In this document: positions 9,625-21,280 of the stretch, piece after piece
Numbering within the stretch: the stretch's first letter is position 1
Layout of the letters: the number at the start of each line of letters is the position of its first letter
DNA from: Lentisphaerota bacterium
GTDB taxonomy: Bacteria; Verrucomicrobiota; Kiritimatiellia; RFP12; UBA1067
DNA length: 64,000 bases
NCBI GenBank assembly: GCA_015061665.1
Contig: SUWC01000001.1
Span: 35,737 to 99,736, forward strand
Direction: 5' to 3'
Notes under the pieces: model-generated
Told to the model about the DNA's origin: nothing
Database searches by the model: none
The model's input: the letters and a program-made list of their open reading frames with translations, nothing else
Translations under genes and position numbers: made by a program

Positions 9625-10231
9625 GGTTGTTGTAATCGACGATCATGCGGTCGTGAGGATGGGGCTGAAGTACATGCTCGACGTCCACAAGAGCGAATTT
9701 GCCTTCGCCGGCGACTGGCCGAAGGGCGAAGGCGCGGCGCAGTTCGTTATGAAGGTCGACCCCGACCTTGTGCTTCTCGACATCCGCATGCCCGACCGCG
9801 ACGGAATCGCCGTGCTTGAGGACATACTTCTCATGCGCCCGCAGCAGAAGGTCATCATGCTCACTACGAGCGACGCGGACAACGACGTCTACCGCGCGCT
9901 GAACCTCGGGGCAAGGGGATACCTGCTGAAGGACCGCGACGCCAACGAGATACCCGACGCAATCCACCGCGTCATGAACGGAGGGAAATACGTTCCCGAT
10001 GTCGTGATGGAGCTGTTCCGCAAGCGGCAGATGACGGCGAACCTCACGCCGCGCGAGGAGGAGGTAATGAAGCATCTCCGCGACGGCCTCACGAACGAGA
10101 CGATCGCGACACGCATGGGGATCACCCGCGATTCGGTCAAGCTCCACCTCAAGAACATCTTCGCAAAGCTCGGCGTCAGCGATCGCATATCGGCGCTCCG
10201 CGAAGCCGTCACGCGCGGGTTCCTGCACTGA
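9617..10231 (+). CDS. NarL/FixJ-family response regulator (REC + LuxR-type HTH)
   Basis: MVKVVVIDDHAVVRMGLKYML...LDIRMPDRDG receiver; C-terminal LTPREEEVMKHLRDGLTNETIATRMGITRDSVKLHLKNIFAKLGV. It overlaps the kinase stop by 8 nt. Confidence 0.9.
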   Translation: MVKVVVIDDHAVVRMGLKYMLDVHKSEFAFAGDWPKGEGAAQFVMKVDPDLVLLDIRMPDRDGIAVLEDILLMRPQQKVIMLTTSDADNDVYRALNLGARGYLLKDRDANEIPDAIHRVMNGGKYVPDVVMELFRKRQMTANLTPREEEVMKHLRDGLTNETIATRMGITRDSVKLHLKNIFAKLGVSDRISALREAVTRGFLH

Positions 10232-10273
10232 AATGCGGCACCGCGCATTGCCGGAATTTGGTAAAATAGGGGC

Positions 10274-12328
10274 ATGGCGAAAAAACTGTGTACCTTGATT
10301 CTCGCGGCATGGGCGCTTGTCCGGACGGACGGCGCGTTCGTGCCGATTACGCGCGAGGACGCCGCCGAGGGGCGGGAGGTCTGCGTAACAGGAGTCGTGA
10401 CCGCGGTCGCCTACTGGCAGAAGAACAGCTGCATAGTGGCCTCTGTCGACGATCCCGACGGCATGGCGGTCTACGTGGCAGGCGAGCATCCCGACAGCAA
10501 TCACGTGGTGATCGAGGACGGCCCGGTCGAGGTAGGCGACGTGCTGGAAATCAAGGGCCGGACGATTCCAATGCTGTTTTCCCCGGGGATCTACGCCAGG
10601 AGCTTTGCGCGGATATCGCGCAAGAAGCTTCCGCCTGCACCCCTCAGGTCGCTGTCGGACTTTGGGTTCGGCGTACTCGACAACAGGCGCACCCGCATGG
10701 CCGGGGTGGTTTCACATGTGACCGAGTCGCAGACGAACCAGGTCGAGATGACGCTCGCGACCGCGCAGGGCAATGTCGACACTCGTGTGCGCGCGCCGTT
10801 CGAGGCGGCGAGGAGGCTGCTTGACGCCGAAGTTCTCGTGGAAGGCGTCGCAATGAGCAGATACAACCTCCGCGCGGAATTTCTCGGCATCCGCCTCGAG
10901 GTAAACTCGATTGACGACGTCAAGGTCACGAAGAACCCTCCTCCCGACCCGTTCTCGGCGAGGCGCACGCCGCTTAACGCGATCCTGTCGTGGCGTCCTG
11001 AGGGACACGACGGACATCGCTGCGTCGTGCGAGGAACCGTTACTGCAACAGGCGTCGACGGTGTTTTCTACATGCAGTCGGGCGAGTGCGCCGTTCGGGC
11101 TAAGGCGTTCGAGGGCCGTGCGCCGCGGGCAGGCACCGCAATCGAGGCATCCGGATTCCCCGAGATGATCGGCGATGTCGGACAGCTTGTCGACGTGCTC
11201 TGGCGCGAACTGCCGGTAGAGCCGGAGCGCATCGATCCGATAGAGATCGGCCTTTCGAACATAACGAACGTTTCGTTCAATTCCGACATTGTCTTCAACA
11301 ACCTCGACTGCCGCCTTGTATCGCTTTGCGGACGCCTGTTCAGAATAGAGAGGATGTCCGGCGGCTTTGACATGATAATGGACGTGGATGGCGCGAGCGT
11401 GGGCGTAATCGTGCATGGCGAGATGCCGCGCTGGATAGCCGACGAGCTTGAGTATCTGCCCCTTGTGTCCGTCTCCGGCATAATGCGCATCGCGACGGCC
11501 GACGGCGCAAACGGCCGCAGGCCCGGCGTATCGGCCGTGTCGATCGAGGTGCAGGACCAGTCGGCCGTCCGCTTCGTCCCCGACGGAGAGTGGCGCGAGA
11601 GGAGGAATGCGCGTATGCTCGTCGTCGCGCTTTATGTGTTTGGCGGACTGCTGTCTGTTGCCGGCATCTGGCTTGTGTGGCGCGTGCGACAGCGCGCAGC
11701 GCGCGAGAGGTTTCTGCTGGCCGAGCGAAGGCGCATGGCCGACGACCTTCACGATACGATAGAGCAGCACCTGGCCGGCGCCCGGATACTCCTCTCCACG
11801 GCCGTGGACAACATGCCGGCGGACGGCGAGGCTAGCGCGAAGGCGCTTTCGATGGCGCAGGAGGTTCTTGGCGAGGCGAAACGCCAGATTCGCGACGTAA
11901 TCATGAACCTGCGGCAGGAGGAGACGATTGCGAAGCCGCTCGAGGAACTGCTTGCGGCTGTCGTCTCCGAACTGAACGCACGCGGCATAGCCAAGTCGAG
12001 GATGCGCCTGAGGGGCGTGCCGAAGGACCTCTCCGCGAGCGCGAAGGCAGACGTCCTGGCGATCGTCCGTCAGGCGGTCGCGAACGCGATGAAGCACGGC
12101 GGGGCGAAGAACATCGTCATCGTCAGCGATCCTGCCGGCGAAGGGTTCGTGCTGAAGATACTGAACGACGGCGCGGAGTTCGACGCATCGTCCGCGCCTG
12201 GACCCGAGGCGGGGCACTTCGGGCTCTCCAACATGCGCGAAAGGGCGCGAAGGAGCGGGTTTTCAATCGCGTGGTCGCGCGAGGGCGCGTGGAACTGCGT
12301 GGTGCTTGCGAGAGGAGTGAAGAGATGA
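10274..12328 (+). CDS. Sensor histidine kinase (HisKA_3 type), paralogue with a larger periplasmic domain
   Basis: N-terminal signal, a periplasmic region of about 420 aa with OB-like modules, a TM (LVVALYVFGGLLSVAGIWLVW), H-box HDTIEQHLAGARILL and HATPase_c (NAMKHGGAKNIVI...GLSNMRERA). Confidence 0.85.
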   Translation: MAKKLCTLILAAWALVRTDGAFVPITREDAAEGREVCVTGVVTAVAYWQKNSCIVASVDDPDGMAVYVAGEHPDSNHVVIEDGPVEVGDVLEIKGRTIPMLFSPGIYARSFARISRKKLPPAPLRSLSDFGFGVLDNRRTRMAGVVSHVTESQTNQVEMTLATAQGNVDTRVRAPFEAARRLLDAEVLVEGVAMSRYNLRAEFLGIRLEVNSIDDVKVTKNPPPDPFSARRTPLNAILSWRPEGHDGHRCVVRGTVTATGVDGVFYMQSGECAVRAKAFEGRAPRAGTAIEASGFPEMIGDVGQLVDVLWRELPVEPERIDPIEIGLSNITNVSFNSDIVFNNLDCRLVSLCGRLFRIERMSGGFDMIMDVDGASVGVIVHGEMPRWIADELEYLPLVSVSGIMRIATADGANGRRPGVSAVSIEVQDQSAVRFVPDGEWRERRNARMLVVALYVFGGLLSVAGIWLVWRVRQRAARERFLLAERRRMADDLHDTIEQHLAGARILLSTAVDNMPADGEASAKALSMAQEVLGEAKRQIRDVIMNLRQEETIAKPLEELLAAVVSELNARGIAKSRMRLRGVPKDLSASAKADVLAIVRQAVANAMKHGGAKNIVIVSDPAGEGFVLKILNDGAEFDASSAPGPEAGHFGLSNMRERARRSGFSIAWSREGAWNCVVLARGVKR

Positions 12329-12939
12329 TTCGAGTGGCGATAATCGATGACCACGCCGTGGTCCGCATGGGGCTCAAGTACGCCGTCATGCTGGCTAAGG
12401 ACATGGAGCTCGCTTTCGAGCTGGAGGACGGCAAGGGCGCAGCTGCGGCTGTCGTCATGGAGAAGCCGGACGTCACACTTCTCGACATCCGCATGCCGGA
12501 CGTGGACGGACTTAGCGCACTGGAGTCGATACTGTCCGTAAAGTCTACCGCCAGGGTCATCATCCTTTCGACGAGCGAGGCGGAGGAGGATATATACCGC
12601 TCGGTCAAGCTTGGTGCGAAGGGGTATGTCGTGAAGGACCGCGATTCGTCCGAGATACTGAATGCGATTCGCATAGTTGCAGAGGGCGGCGAGTATTTTC
12701 CCGAGGCGGTCAAGGAGACCTTCCGCCAGCGGCAGCAGATGCCGGACCTCACGCCGCGCGAAGTCGAGGTCCTGGGGATGGTCTCCAAGGGACTGTCGAA
12801 CCAGGAGATCGGGAACAGTCTAGGCGTCGGCGCGGAGACCGCAAAGATACACATAAAGCACATCTTTGACAAGATGGGCGTCGCAAACCGGGCGGAATGC
12901 GTCGCAGAGGCGATTCGCCGCGGTCTCATGCGCGTGTAG
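12325..12939 (+). CDS. NarL/FixJ-family response regulator (REC + LuxR-type HTH), second copy
   Basis: MIRVAIIDDHAVVRMGLKYAV...LDIRMPDVDG; LTPREVEVLGMVSKGLSNQEIGNSLGVGAETAKIHIKHIFDKMGV. ATGA start/stop overlap with the upstream kinase. The track ORF is extended 5' to 12271. Confidence 0.9.
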   Translation: MIRVAIIDDHAVVRMGLKYAVMLAKDMELAFELEDGKGAAAAVVMEKPDVTLLDIRMPDVDGLSALESILSVKSTARVIILSTSEAEEDIYRSVKLGAKGYVVKDRDSSEILNAIRIVAEGGEYFPEAVKETFRQRQQMPDLTPREVEVLGMVSKGLSNQEIGNSLGVGAETAKIHIKHIFDKMGVANRAECVAEAIRRGLMRV

Positions 12940-12974
12940 AGAACGAACGGTGAAACTGCTCGGTGCAAAAAAAA

Positions 12975-13020
12975 TTCAAATACCCCCTTGCGCGAACGAC
13001 CGAACTTATGATATACTATG
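12975..13020 (+). promoter_or_regulatory. Promoter of tRNA-Leu: CCCCCTTGCGC-N18-TATACT
   Basis: TTGCGC at 12988-12993 and TATACT at 13012-13017. Nearly identical to the 6478-6515 promoter, including the flanking ATGATATACTAT. Confidence 0.6.
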
Positions 13021-13032
13021 TCTCGTTTTACC

Positions 13033-13117
13033 GCTCGGGTGGTGAAATTGGCAGACACGCATGCTTGAGGTGCATGTGGAGAGATCCTTGCGGGTTCGAG
13101 TCCCGCCCCGAGCACCA
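13033..13117 (+). tRNA. tRNA-Leu (anticodon GAG)
   Basis: Acceptor GCTCGGG/CCCGAGC, anticodon stem CATGC/GCATG with loop TTGAGGT, long variable arm, T-loop TTCGAGT, CCA end. Confidence 0.85.
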
Positions 13118-13167
13118 CCCGCCGCATGGCGGTATTTTTTTTATCCGAAGGTCCGAAAGAACGAAGG

Positions 13168-13614
13168 ATGCACAGGGAAGAAGAACCAGAGAGGCTGCTG
13201 GTCGACATCGCTCGACTGGACGCCGAGGGCGAAGAGCTTGAAGGCGAGGTTGACATAATCGACCTCGACGAGGAGTTCGTGCACCCTTTCGGAGGCGTCC
13301 GCTACAGGCTTTCGGCCCAGCAGTTCGGAACTGAGGTTCTCGTGCGGGGGCATCTGGAGCAGGATTTCACCCTGGTGTGCAGCAGGTGCGGCGAAGACTT
13401 CGACACCACCGTAAAAGTGGACGATTTCACGGTCTCGGTACAGGTCGACGACAAGACAGAGGTCGTCGATTTGACGGATGACGCAAGAGATAGTATAATA
13501 TTGGCCCTACCGACTTACCCTCTCTGCGATGAGGCATGTCCGGGGATAGCCCAGAAGGTCGAGTCTTCGACTGACGACCGGTGGAGCGCCCTGGATGGGT
13601 TGAAGGTAGAGTAA
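13168..13614 (+). CDS. yceD: YceD/DUF177 family protein (23S rRNA accumulation protein)
   Basis: Acidic protein with a C-terminal CSRCGEDF...CDEAC zinc-ribbon-like pair. Sits in the conserved position upstream of rpmF-plsX. Alternative start ATG at 13126. Confidence 0.65.
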   Translation: MHREEEPERLLVDIARLDAEGEELEGEVDIIDLDEEFVHPFGGVRYRLSAQQFGTEVLVRGHLEQDFTLVCSRCGEDFDTTVKVDDFTVSVQVDDKTEVVDLTDDARDSIILALPTYPLCDEACPGIAQKVESSTDDRWSALDGLKVE

Positions 13615-13651
13615 ACGATGTTGAACAAGAAGAAAGCAAGGAGCAGACAAA

Positions 13652-13840
13652 ATGGCCAGTCCCAAGCATAAGAAGTCCAAAATGCGCAAGCGTCAGCGCG
13701 TAGCACAGCTCGAGAAGCCGATTCTCGCCGATGTCTCAACGTGCCCCGCGTGCGGCGCCGCGAAGCGTTCGCACCGTGCGTGCCCCAAGTGCGGTACGTA
13801 CAATGGTCGCAAGGTCGTCGCTGTTGCTAGCGCCGAATAA
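13652..13840 (+). CDS. rpmF: 50S ribosomal protein L32
   Basis: MASPKHKKSKMRKRQRVAQLEKP...CPACGAAKRSHRACPKCGTYNGRKV, the canonical L32 with its zinc ribbon. Confidence 0.95.
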   Translation: MASPKHKKSKMRKRQRVAQLEKPILADVSTCPACGAAKRSHRACPKCGTYNGRKVVAVASAE

Positions 13841-13869
13841 TTGCAAACCCCGTTATTCTGCACGTCGCC

Positions 13870-14927
13870 ATGACGCGGATAGCGCTTGATGCGATGGGGG
13901 GCGACTATGCCCCCAAGCAAGTCGTTGTCGGTGCGGTTGAGGCCGCAGTCGGCATTCCTGACGTGAAGATATACCTTGTCGGTCGCAAAGACGCGATTGA
14001 CAAGGTAGTTGCGGCCCTCGCAAAGGACCGCAAAGCCCTTTACTCCTCTGCCGTCTCAAAGGGACTTCTTGAGGTTGTCGACGCGCCGGACCAGGTCGAG
14101 ATGGATGAAGTCCCTGTCGATGCGGTCCGCAGGAAGAAGGATTGCTCCATCAATGTGGCGATGCGCCTCGTCAAGGATGGCACGGCGGATGTTTTCGTCT
14201 CCGCAGGCAATTCCGGCGCCGTCGCGACGAGCGCGATCCTCAATCTCGGCCGCATCAAGGGCGTGAAGCGCCCCGCGATCGCGATGGTCCTCCCAACGAA
14301 GAAGCCCAGCCGTCCGCTGCTTCTTCTTGACGCAGGCGCGAACATGGACTGCCATCCGGAATGGCTCGTCCAGTTCGCGATCATGGGCAACGTCTATTCG
14401 AAGACCGTCCTGCGCCGCGAAAGCCCTGCCGTCGGCCTCCTTTCGATCGGAACGGAGGACTGCAAGGGCAACGAGCTTATCCACGAGACGTATCCCCTCC
14501 TCAAGAACACCGACGGAATCAACTTCGTAGGCAACATAGAGGGGCACGACATCTGCGGCGGCGAGATCGACGTCGCGGTTGCGGACGGTTTCGTCGGCAA
14601 CGTGGTCCTTAAGACCGTCGAGTCCGTCGCGCACGCAATCGGCGGCTGGCTGAAGACGGAGCTCAAGAAGAGCCTCTTCCGCAAGATATGCGCGCTGATG
14701 CTCAAGGGCGCGTTCAATTCGCTGAAGAAGCAGATGGACCCCGAGGTCTACGGAGGCGCTCCGCTTCTGGGCGTCCCTGGCAATGTCATAATCACGCACG
14801 GCAATTCAACCCACAAGGCAATATTCTACGCCGTCAAAGCCGGCGTCGCTGCGGCGACCAACGACGTGTCGGGCCTTATCGAGAAATCGATCGCCGAACA
14901 CGCCGAAAAGGCGCAAGAAACGCAGCA

Positions 14928-14931
<4 letters not shown>
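13870..14931 (+). CDS. plsX: Phosphate acyltransferase PlsX
   Basis: [25 protein letters not shown]; 353 aa; conserved position after rpmF. Confidence 0.9.
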
Positions 14932-17609
<2,678 letters not shown>

Positions 17610-17642
17610 CGCAGGGCGCGATTCGCAACGGAAAGGTGAGGC

Positions 17643-18002
17643 ATGGACGAAGACGAGAGATACGTCGACGAGTTCGGCTTCCCCCTGCCGCGTTTCAAGC
17701 CCCTCGACCCGGAGAAGCGCGGACGCCACGAGACATTCGCGTCAGCGGCGAAGGCCGCCCTGACTGAACTGACGACGGTGCACGATCCGTTCTTCGATTC
17801 GCTTGCGGACGTCTGGCGCAAGCTCTTTCCGCGCCTGCCGATCCGCCCTGGCCGCTTCGACGACGGCAAGATCGTCCTTTACGTGAAGAACGCGCCGACG
17901 AGCTTTGCCATGCGTCCGCAGCTCCCGCGCATAAAGAGGGCGCTGTCCGCGCTGCCCAACGCACCCAGGCGCATAGACCTCAGGCTTGAGATACATGCAT
18001 AA
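17643..18002 (+). CDS. DUF721 / DciA-like small protein (tentative)
   Basis: 119 aa. C-terminal KIVLYVKNAPTSFAMRPQLPRIKRALSALPNAPRRIDLRL resembles the DUF721 pattern. SD AAAGGTGAGG before the ATG. Confidence 0.4.
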   Translation: MDEDERYVDEFGFPLPRFKPLDPEKRGRHETFASAAKAALTELTTVHDPFFDSLADVWRKLFPRLPIRPGRFDDGKIVLYVKNAPTSFAMRPQLPRIKRALSALPNAPRRIDLRLEIHA

Positions 18003-18007
18003 AACAA

Positions 18008-18039
18008 GTAAGGCGCGTGGTTTTGACCACGCGCCTTTA
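18008..18039. terminator. Bidirectional hairpin terminator between the convergent DciA-like gene and acpP
   Basis: Perfect 11-bp stem AAGGCGCGTGG / CCACGCGCCTT (18010-18020 and 18027-18037) with loop TTTTGA; U-rich on the acpP side. Confidence 0.6.
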
Positions 18040-18062
18040 CTCATGATTTGGTATGCGACCGC

Positions 18063-18320
18063 TTACTTGGCTTCGTCACCGTAGCCCTTGGACTTGAGGT
18101 AATCGACAACCTTGCCGACCGTCGTGAGCTTTTCGGCGTCCTCCTCGGGGATAGCCGCGCCAAATTCTTCTTCGAACGCCATGATGAGCTCGACCGAGTC
18201 AAGGGAGTCTGCGCCAAGGTCATCGATGAACGACGCCTCGGGCGTGACCTGCTCAGCATTGACGCCGAGCTGCTCGACGATAATCTCTTTCACGCGATCT
18301 TCAAGCTTTCCTGCTGCCAT
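18063..18320 (-). CDS. acpP: Acyl carrier protein
   Basis: 85 aa with the DSLDSVEL phosphopantetheine attachment motif. Confidence 0.95.
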   Translation of the reverse strand: MAAGKLEDRVKEIIVEQLGVNAEQVTPEASFIDDLGADSLDSVELIMAFEEEFGAAIPEEDAEKLTTVGKVVDYLKSKGYGDEAK

Positions 18321-18349
18321 TTTGATGTCTCCTTCGTTAAGTGGTTATT

Positions 18350-18395
18350 GATATTGTATCAAATTATCCCCGCAGAGCGCAAGGGGGGGGCTCTG
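18350..18395 (-). promoter_or_regulatory. acpP promoter (minus strand): CCCCCCCTTGCGC-N18-TACAAT
   Basis: Reverse complement of 18353-18382 gives TTGCGC...TACAAT with 18-nt spacing. The -35 lies inside the palindrome GCAGAGC...GCTCTGC. Confidence 0.55.
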
Positions 18396-18417
18396 CGGTC
18401 CTAGAGAACGGACCTGG

Positions 18418-20610
18418 CTACTGCGCCTCCATCAGCCTGACGTCGAACACGCCGCCAGCGAGTCCGCCGTTGGTCGAGGCGAATGTGACGCGGATCTTGC
18501 CGTCCGCGCGCAGGGCTGCGACTTCGGGGGGGACGGGGTACGTCTCGGTGAAGAATTTGCCCCCGTGCCTGCCTTCGAGCTTGACCGTCGCCAGGCGAAC
18601 GCCGTTCGCGAGCACGTCGAAGGCGCGTCCGCGGTCGTCGCCCCAGTAAGTCGCCTCGATCGCGACGTTCTTAGCTCCCTTAGGGTCGAGCGTGTAGGCG
18701 AACCACGAGCCGTGGCGCCAGTGCTTGCCGGAGTGGTAGCCCTTTGCTGTGTTCTCGGAGGTCTGCATGTCGTGCTCGGTCTCGGGCTGCTGCTCGCCGG
18801 GCATGACGCGGTCGCGCGTGCGGCGTTCGCGCTCGCGCTCGGCCTTTGCGGCGGCCTCAAGCGCGGCCTTGCGGGCGACCATCTTTTCGGCGGTCGTGAA
18901 CTCCCAGTATATCTGGTAGCGGCACTCGTGCAGCTTGAAGAAGGGAACGAGGCCCTTCGTGTCGAGCGGCTTGCCGGCCTCGCGGAACTCCACCTTGTCG
19001 GCGTCCACGAGCGGGCCCCACGCGACGTGGCCCATGCGGCTGTCGTCGGCGAAGAGTCCGTCAAGGCGGTCTTTGCCGCAGTCTTTGCCCATTACGATCG
19101 GACCGCGCATCACCGCGCCCCAGTCGCTTCCGTCGGGGAGCATCTCGACATGCCAGTCCATCGGGCGCGACGCCGTGATCTTTGCGCCTTTCTGCCAAGA
19201 GCCCGTGTGCTTTGCGTACTTGTCGCCTTCGCGGACGTAGAGCGTGCCCTTGAAGGGTTTGAGGAACTCAATCGTCGTCTTTCCGCCGTCGGGGAAGTCG
19301 GTCTTCTGCCGCAGGACGCCCCTGAGCTCGGAGTCGATGAAGAGGTTTACGTAGATCTTGTCCTTGCCCGAGCGCGCGTAGATGAAACGACCGTACTTGC
19401 CGGGGTTCTCCATCCCCGTTCCGACGCAGCACCAGAAGCAGTTCGTGGGCGTCGAGTAGACGCGGTAGTGGGCTGGGCGCGTGGGCGTGAAGTAGACGAA
19501 GCCGGGTTTCCGCGTGTTGATGGACGCAAGGAGGTGGTTGTAGAGCGCGCGCTCGTAGAAGGCCGCGTACTCGGGCTTCGGATCGTGCTCGAAGAGCCTC
19601 TCGGTAAGGCGGAGCATGTTGTATGTGTTGCACGTTTCGGGCCCCTGGCGGTCGGCCATGAGCTTCGCGAAGCTGTCGAGGGCGTGGAAGTGCTCGCCGA
19701 CGGAGTTGCCGCCGAAGGCGACGCTGCGGCGCGTGACGATCGTGCGCCACACGAAGTCCGCCGCATCCCAGCGCCTGTCGTCGCCTGAGAGCTGCGCCGT
19801 GCGGGCGAGTCCGACGAACTTCGGGATCTGCGTGTTGGCGTGGTAGCCGGTGAGCCTGTCCTCGTGCCTGTAGAGCGGCTCGAAGACGCGGTTGTGCTCC
19901 CAGCGGCGCGCCGCGTCGATGTACTTGGCGTCGCCCGTGATGGCGTAGACGTCAGCGAACGTCTCGTTCATTCCGCCGAACTCCTGGTCGAGCATGTGCT
20001 GCATCTTGCCGACGTCGAGCTCCGACGTGAGGTCAATCGCCCAGTCGGAGAGCGCGACGAGGACGCTCCTGGCCTGCCTGACGCCGGCGAGTTCGTATGC
20101 GTCGCGAAGTCCGGCGAAGGTCTTGTGGACGTTGTACCACGGCACCCAGTGCTTGAAGATGACGCCGACGTCCCCGGCCTTGATGCTGCTCCACAGCTCC
20201 CGGCCCTTCGGCACGCCGTCGCACCTTCCGTCGCCGTTCGCCTTCTGGCAGCGCGCCAGCTCCGAGACAATGTACTCGAGCCGCTTTTTGAGGTGGCCGT
20301 CGGCGTCGTTGCCCGAGGCGATGAAGTTCGCGAGCGCGCTCATGTAGTGGCCTAGCGTGTGGCCGTCGAGCCCGCAGCTCTCCCAGTTGCCGTAGCTGTC
20401 GGCTTTCTTGGGCAGCCCCGCCTCTCGCAGAAACGGCGCGAGGAGCCTGTCGGGGTCGAGCTCGTCGACATAGCTGAGGCCGGCCTTGACGGCAGGCGTG
20501 AATACGCTGGACTCGGCTAGCCGCACTTCGGAAAGAGGGCACAGCTCGACCTTGTCCCCGGTCGGCGCGACGGACATGACCGCCGCGAAAAGAATGCATA
20601 TCGTGTTCAT
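18418..20610 (-). CDS. Glycoside hydrolase family 127 (DUF1680; beta-L-arabinofuranosidase-like) with extra C-terminal domain
   Basis: Signal-like N-terminus MNTICILFAAVMSVAPT. GH127-type cysteine motifs (CNTYNMLRL, CCVGTGMENPGKYG). Track ORF extended to 20646. Confidence 0.7.
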   Translation of the reverse strand: MNTICILFAAVMSVAPTGDKVELCPLSEVRLAESSVFTPAVKAGLSYVDELDPDRLLAPFLREAGLPKKADSYGNWESCGLDGHTLGHYMSALANFIASGNDADGHLKKRLEYIVSELARCQKANGDGRCDGVPKGRELWSSIKAGDVGVIFKHWVPWYNVHKTFAGLRDAYELAGVRQARSVLVALSDWAIDLTSELDVGKMQHMLDQEFGGMNETFADVYAITGDAKYIDAARRWEHNRVFEPLYRHEDRLTGYHANTQIPKFVGLARTAQLSGDDRRWDAADFVWRTIVTRRSVAFGGNSVGEHFHALDSFAKLMADRQGPETCNTYNMLRLTERLFEHDPKPEYAAFYERALYNHLLASINTRKPGFVYFTPTRPAHYRVYSTPTNCFWCCVGTGMENPGKYGRFIYARSGKDKIYVNLFIDSELRGVLRQKTDFPDGGKTTIEFLKPFKGTLYVREGDKYAKHTGSWQKGAKITASRPMDWHVEMLPDGSDWGAVMRGPIVMGKDCGKDRLDGLFADDSRMGHVAWGPLVDADKVEFREAGKPLDTKGLVPFFKLHECRYQIYWEFTTAEKMVARKAALEAAAKAERERERRTRDRVMPGEQQPETEHDMQTSENTAKGYHSGKHWRHGSWFAYTLDPKGAKNVAIEATYWGDDRGRAFDVLANGVRLATVKLEGRHGGKFFTETYPVPPEVAALRADGKIRVTFASTNGGLAGGVFDVRLMEAQ

Positions 20611-20666
20611 GAAGATATTGTAGCAAAACCAAGGGCGCTGCGCCATTACCCAATCGGGGGGTTACG

Positions 20667-21183
20667 ACCAACGCATTAAAAGCCGATCCTTCCCCTTCGG
20701 GGCCCCTGGATCTTTTTTAATGCGTTGGAAGTGTCTCAGCAACCAGCAGCCAGCAGCGCAGTGTCCAATCCGAATGGTCGTGGCGCGTCTAGTGAGACCC
20801 TAGGACATACTAGGGGCAACAAATCGGCCGCGCCCGATCATCTTTTGTGCGTAGGCATCGAGCCTACGCTCCGATGGCTTTTCCCTGCATGCGGGCCGAG
20901 GCAGTGCTGATGCTCTTGCCGATCATGAGAAGCAGTTCCCGCGACTCGGCCTGCAGCGACTCGACTGCATCGAACCCGCGCGGGCTCGATGCCCGCGCGT
21001 TCACAAAAAAGACGGGCGCGCCCGATGAATGCGCCTTGGACGCATCCTGAAAGTCCAAGATGCGCGCCACGACCGCCCGGATTGGGCGCTGATCGCTGGT
21101 TGTTGGCTGCTGAAACACTTCCAACGCATCAAAAATTCGTTCTACACCGCGTCAGCGGGGAGAAGGAATTTTTGATGCGTTGG
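20667..21183. mobile_element. MITE-like non-autonomous element (about 517 bp) with 45-bp terminal inverted repeats, each capped by an outer hairpin
   Basis: Left: hairpin ACCAACGCATTAAAA...TTTTAATGCGTTGG (20667-20728), then TIR AAGTGTCTCAGCAACCAGCAGCCAGCAGCG. Right: TIR CGCTGGTTGTTGGCTGCTGAAACACTT, then hairpin CCAACGCATCAAAAATTC...GAATTTTTGATGCGTTGG (21121-21183). No credible ORF inside. Internal GGCGCGCCCGAT occurs twice. Confidence 0.55.
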
Positions 21184-21280
21184 CCGTATGGGGGCCTGTC
21201 CGTTTGGGGCGATTTTATGATATAATTCTACACAAGTTGGCTAAATTTATCCAAACAACCCTTAAACGGAGATAATCGAA

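Noticed and set aside
7002-12217. Long alternative-frame and antisense ORFs overlapping GH28, the kinases and regulators (e.g. 7002..8057-, 8257..9069-, 9572..10504-, 10712..12217-, 12123..13256-)
   Set aside because: They overlap genes with clear motifs (HisKA_3 H-box, REC/LuxR, GH28 motifs), and their own translations are Arg/Ala-rich nonsense. 12123..13256- also runs across tRNA-Leu.
18565-19788. 407-aa plus-strand ORF opposite the GH127 gene; 21215..22432- opposite galM; 24875..26260- opposite serA; 26513..27559- opposite gspF; 30416..31417- opposite the AAA-ATPase gene; 33269..34366- opposite the secreted-protein gene
   Set aside because: In each case the partner strand encodes a protein with recognisable motifs and start signals. 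The rejected frames translate to low-complexity R/A/V/D-rich sequence.
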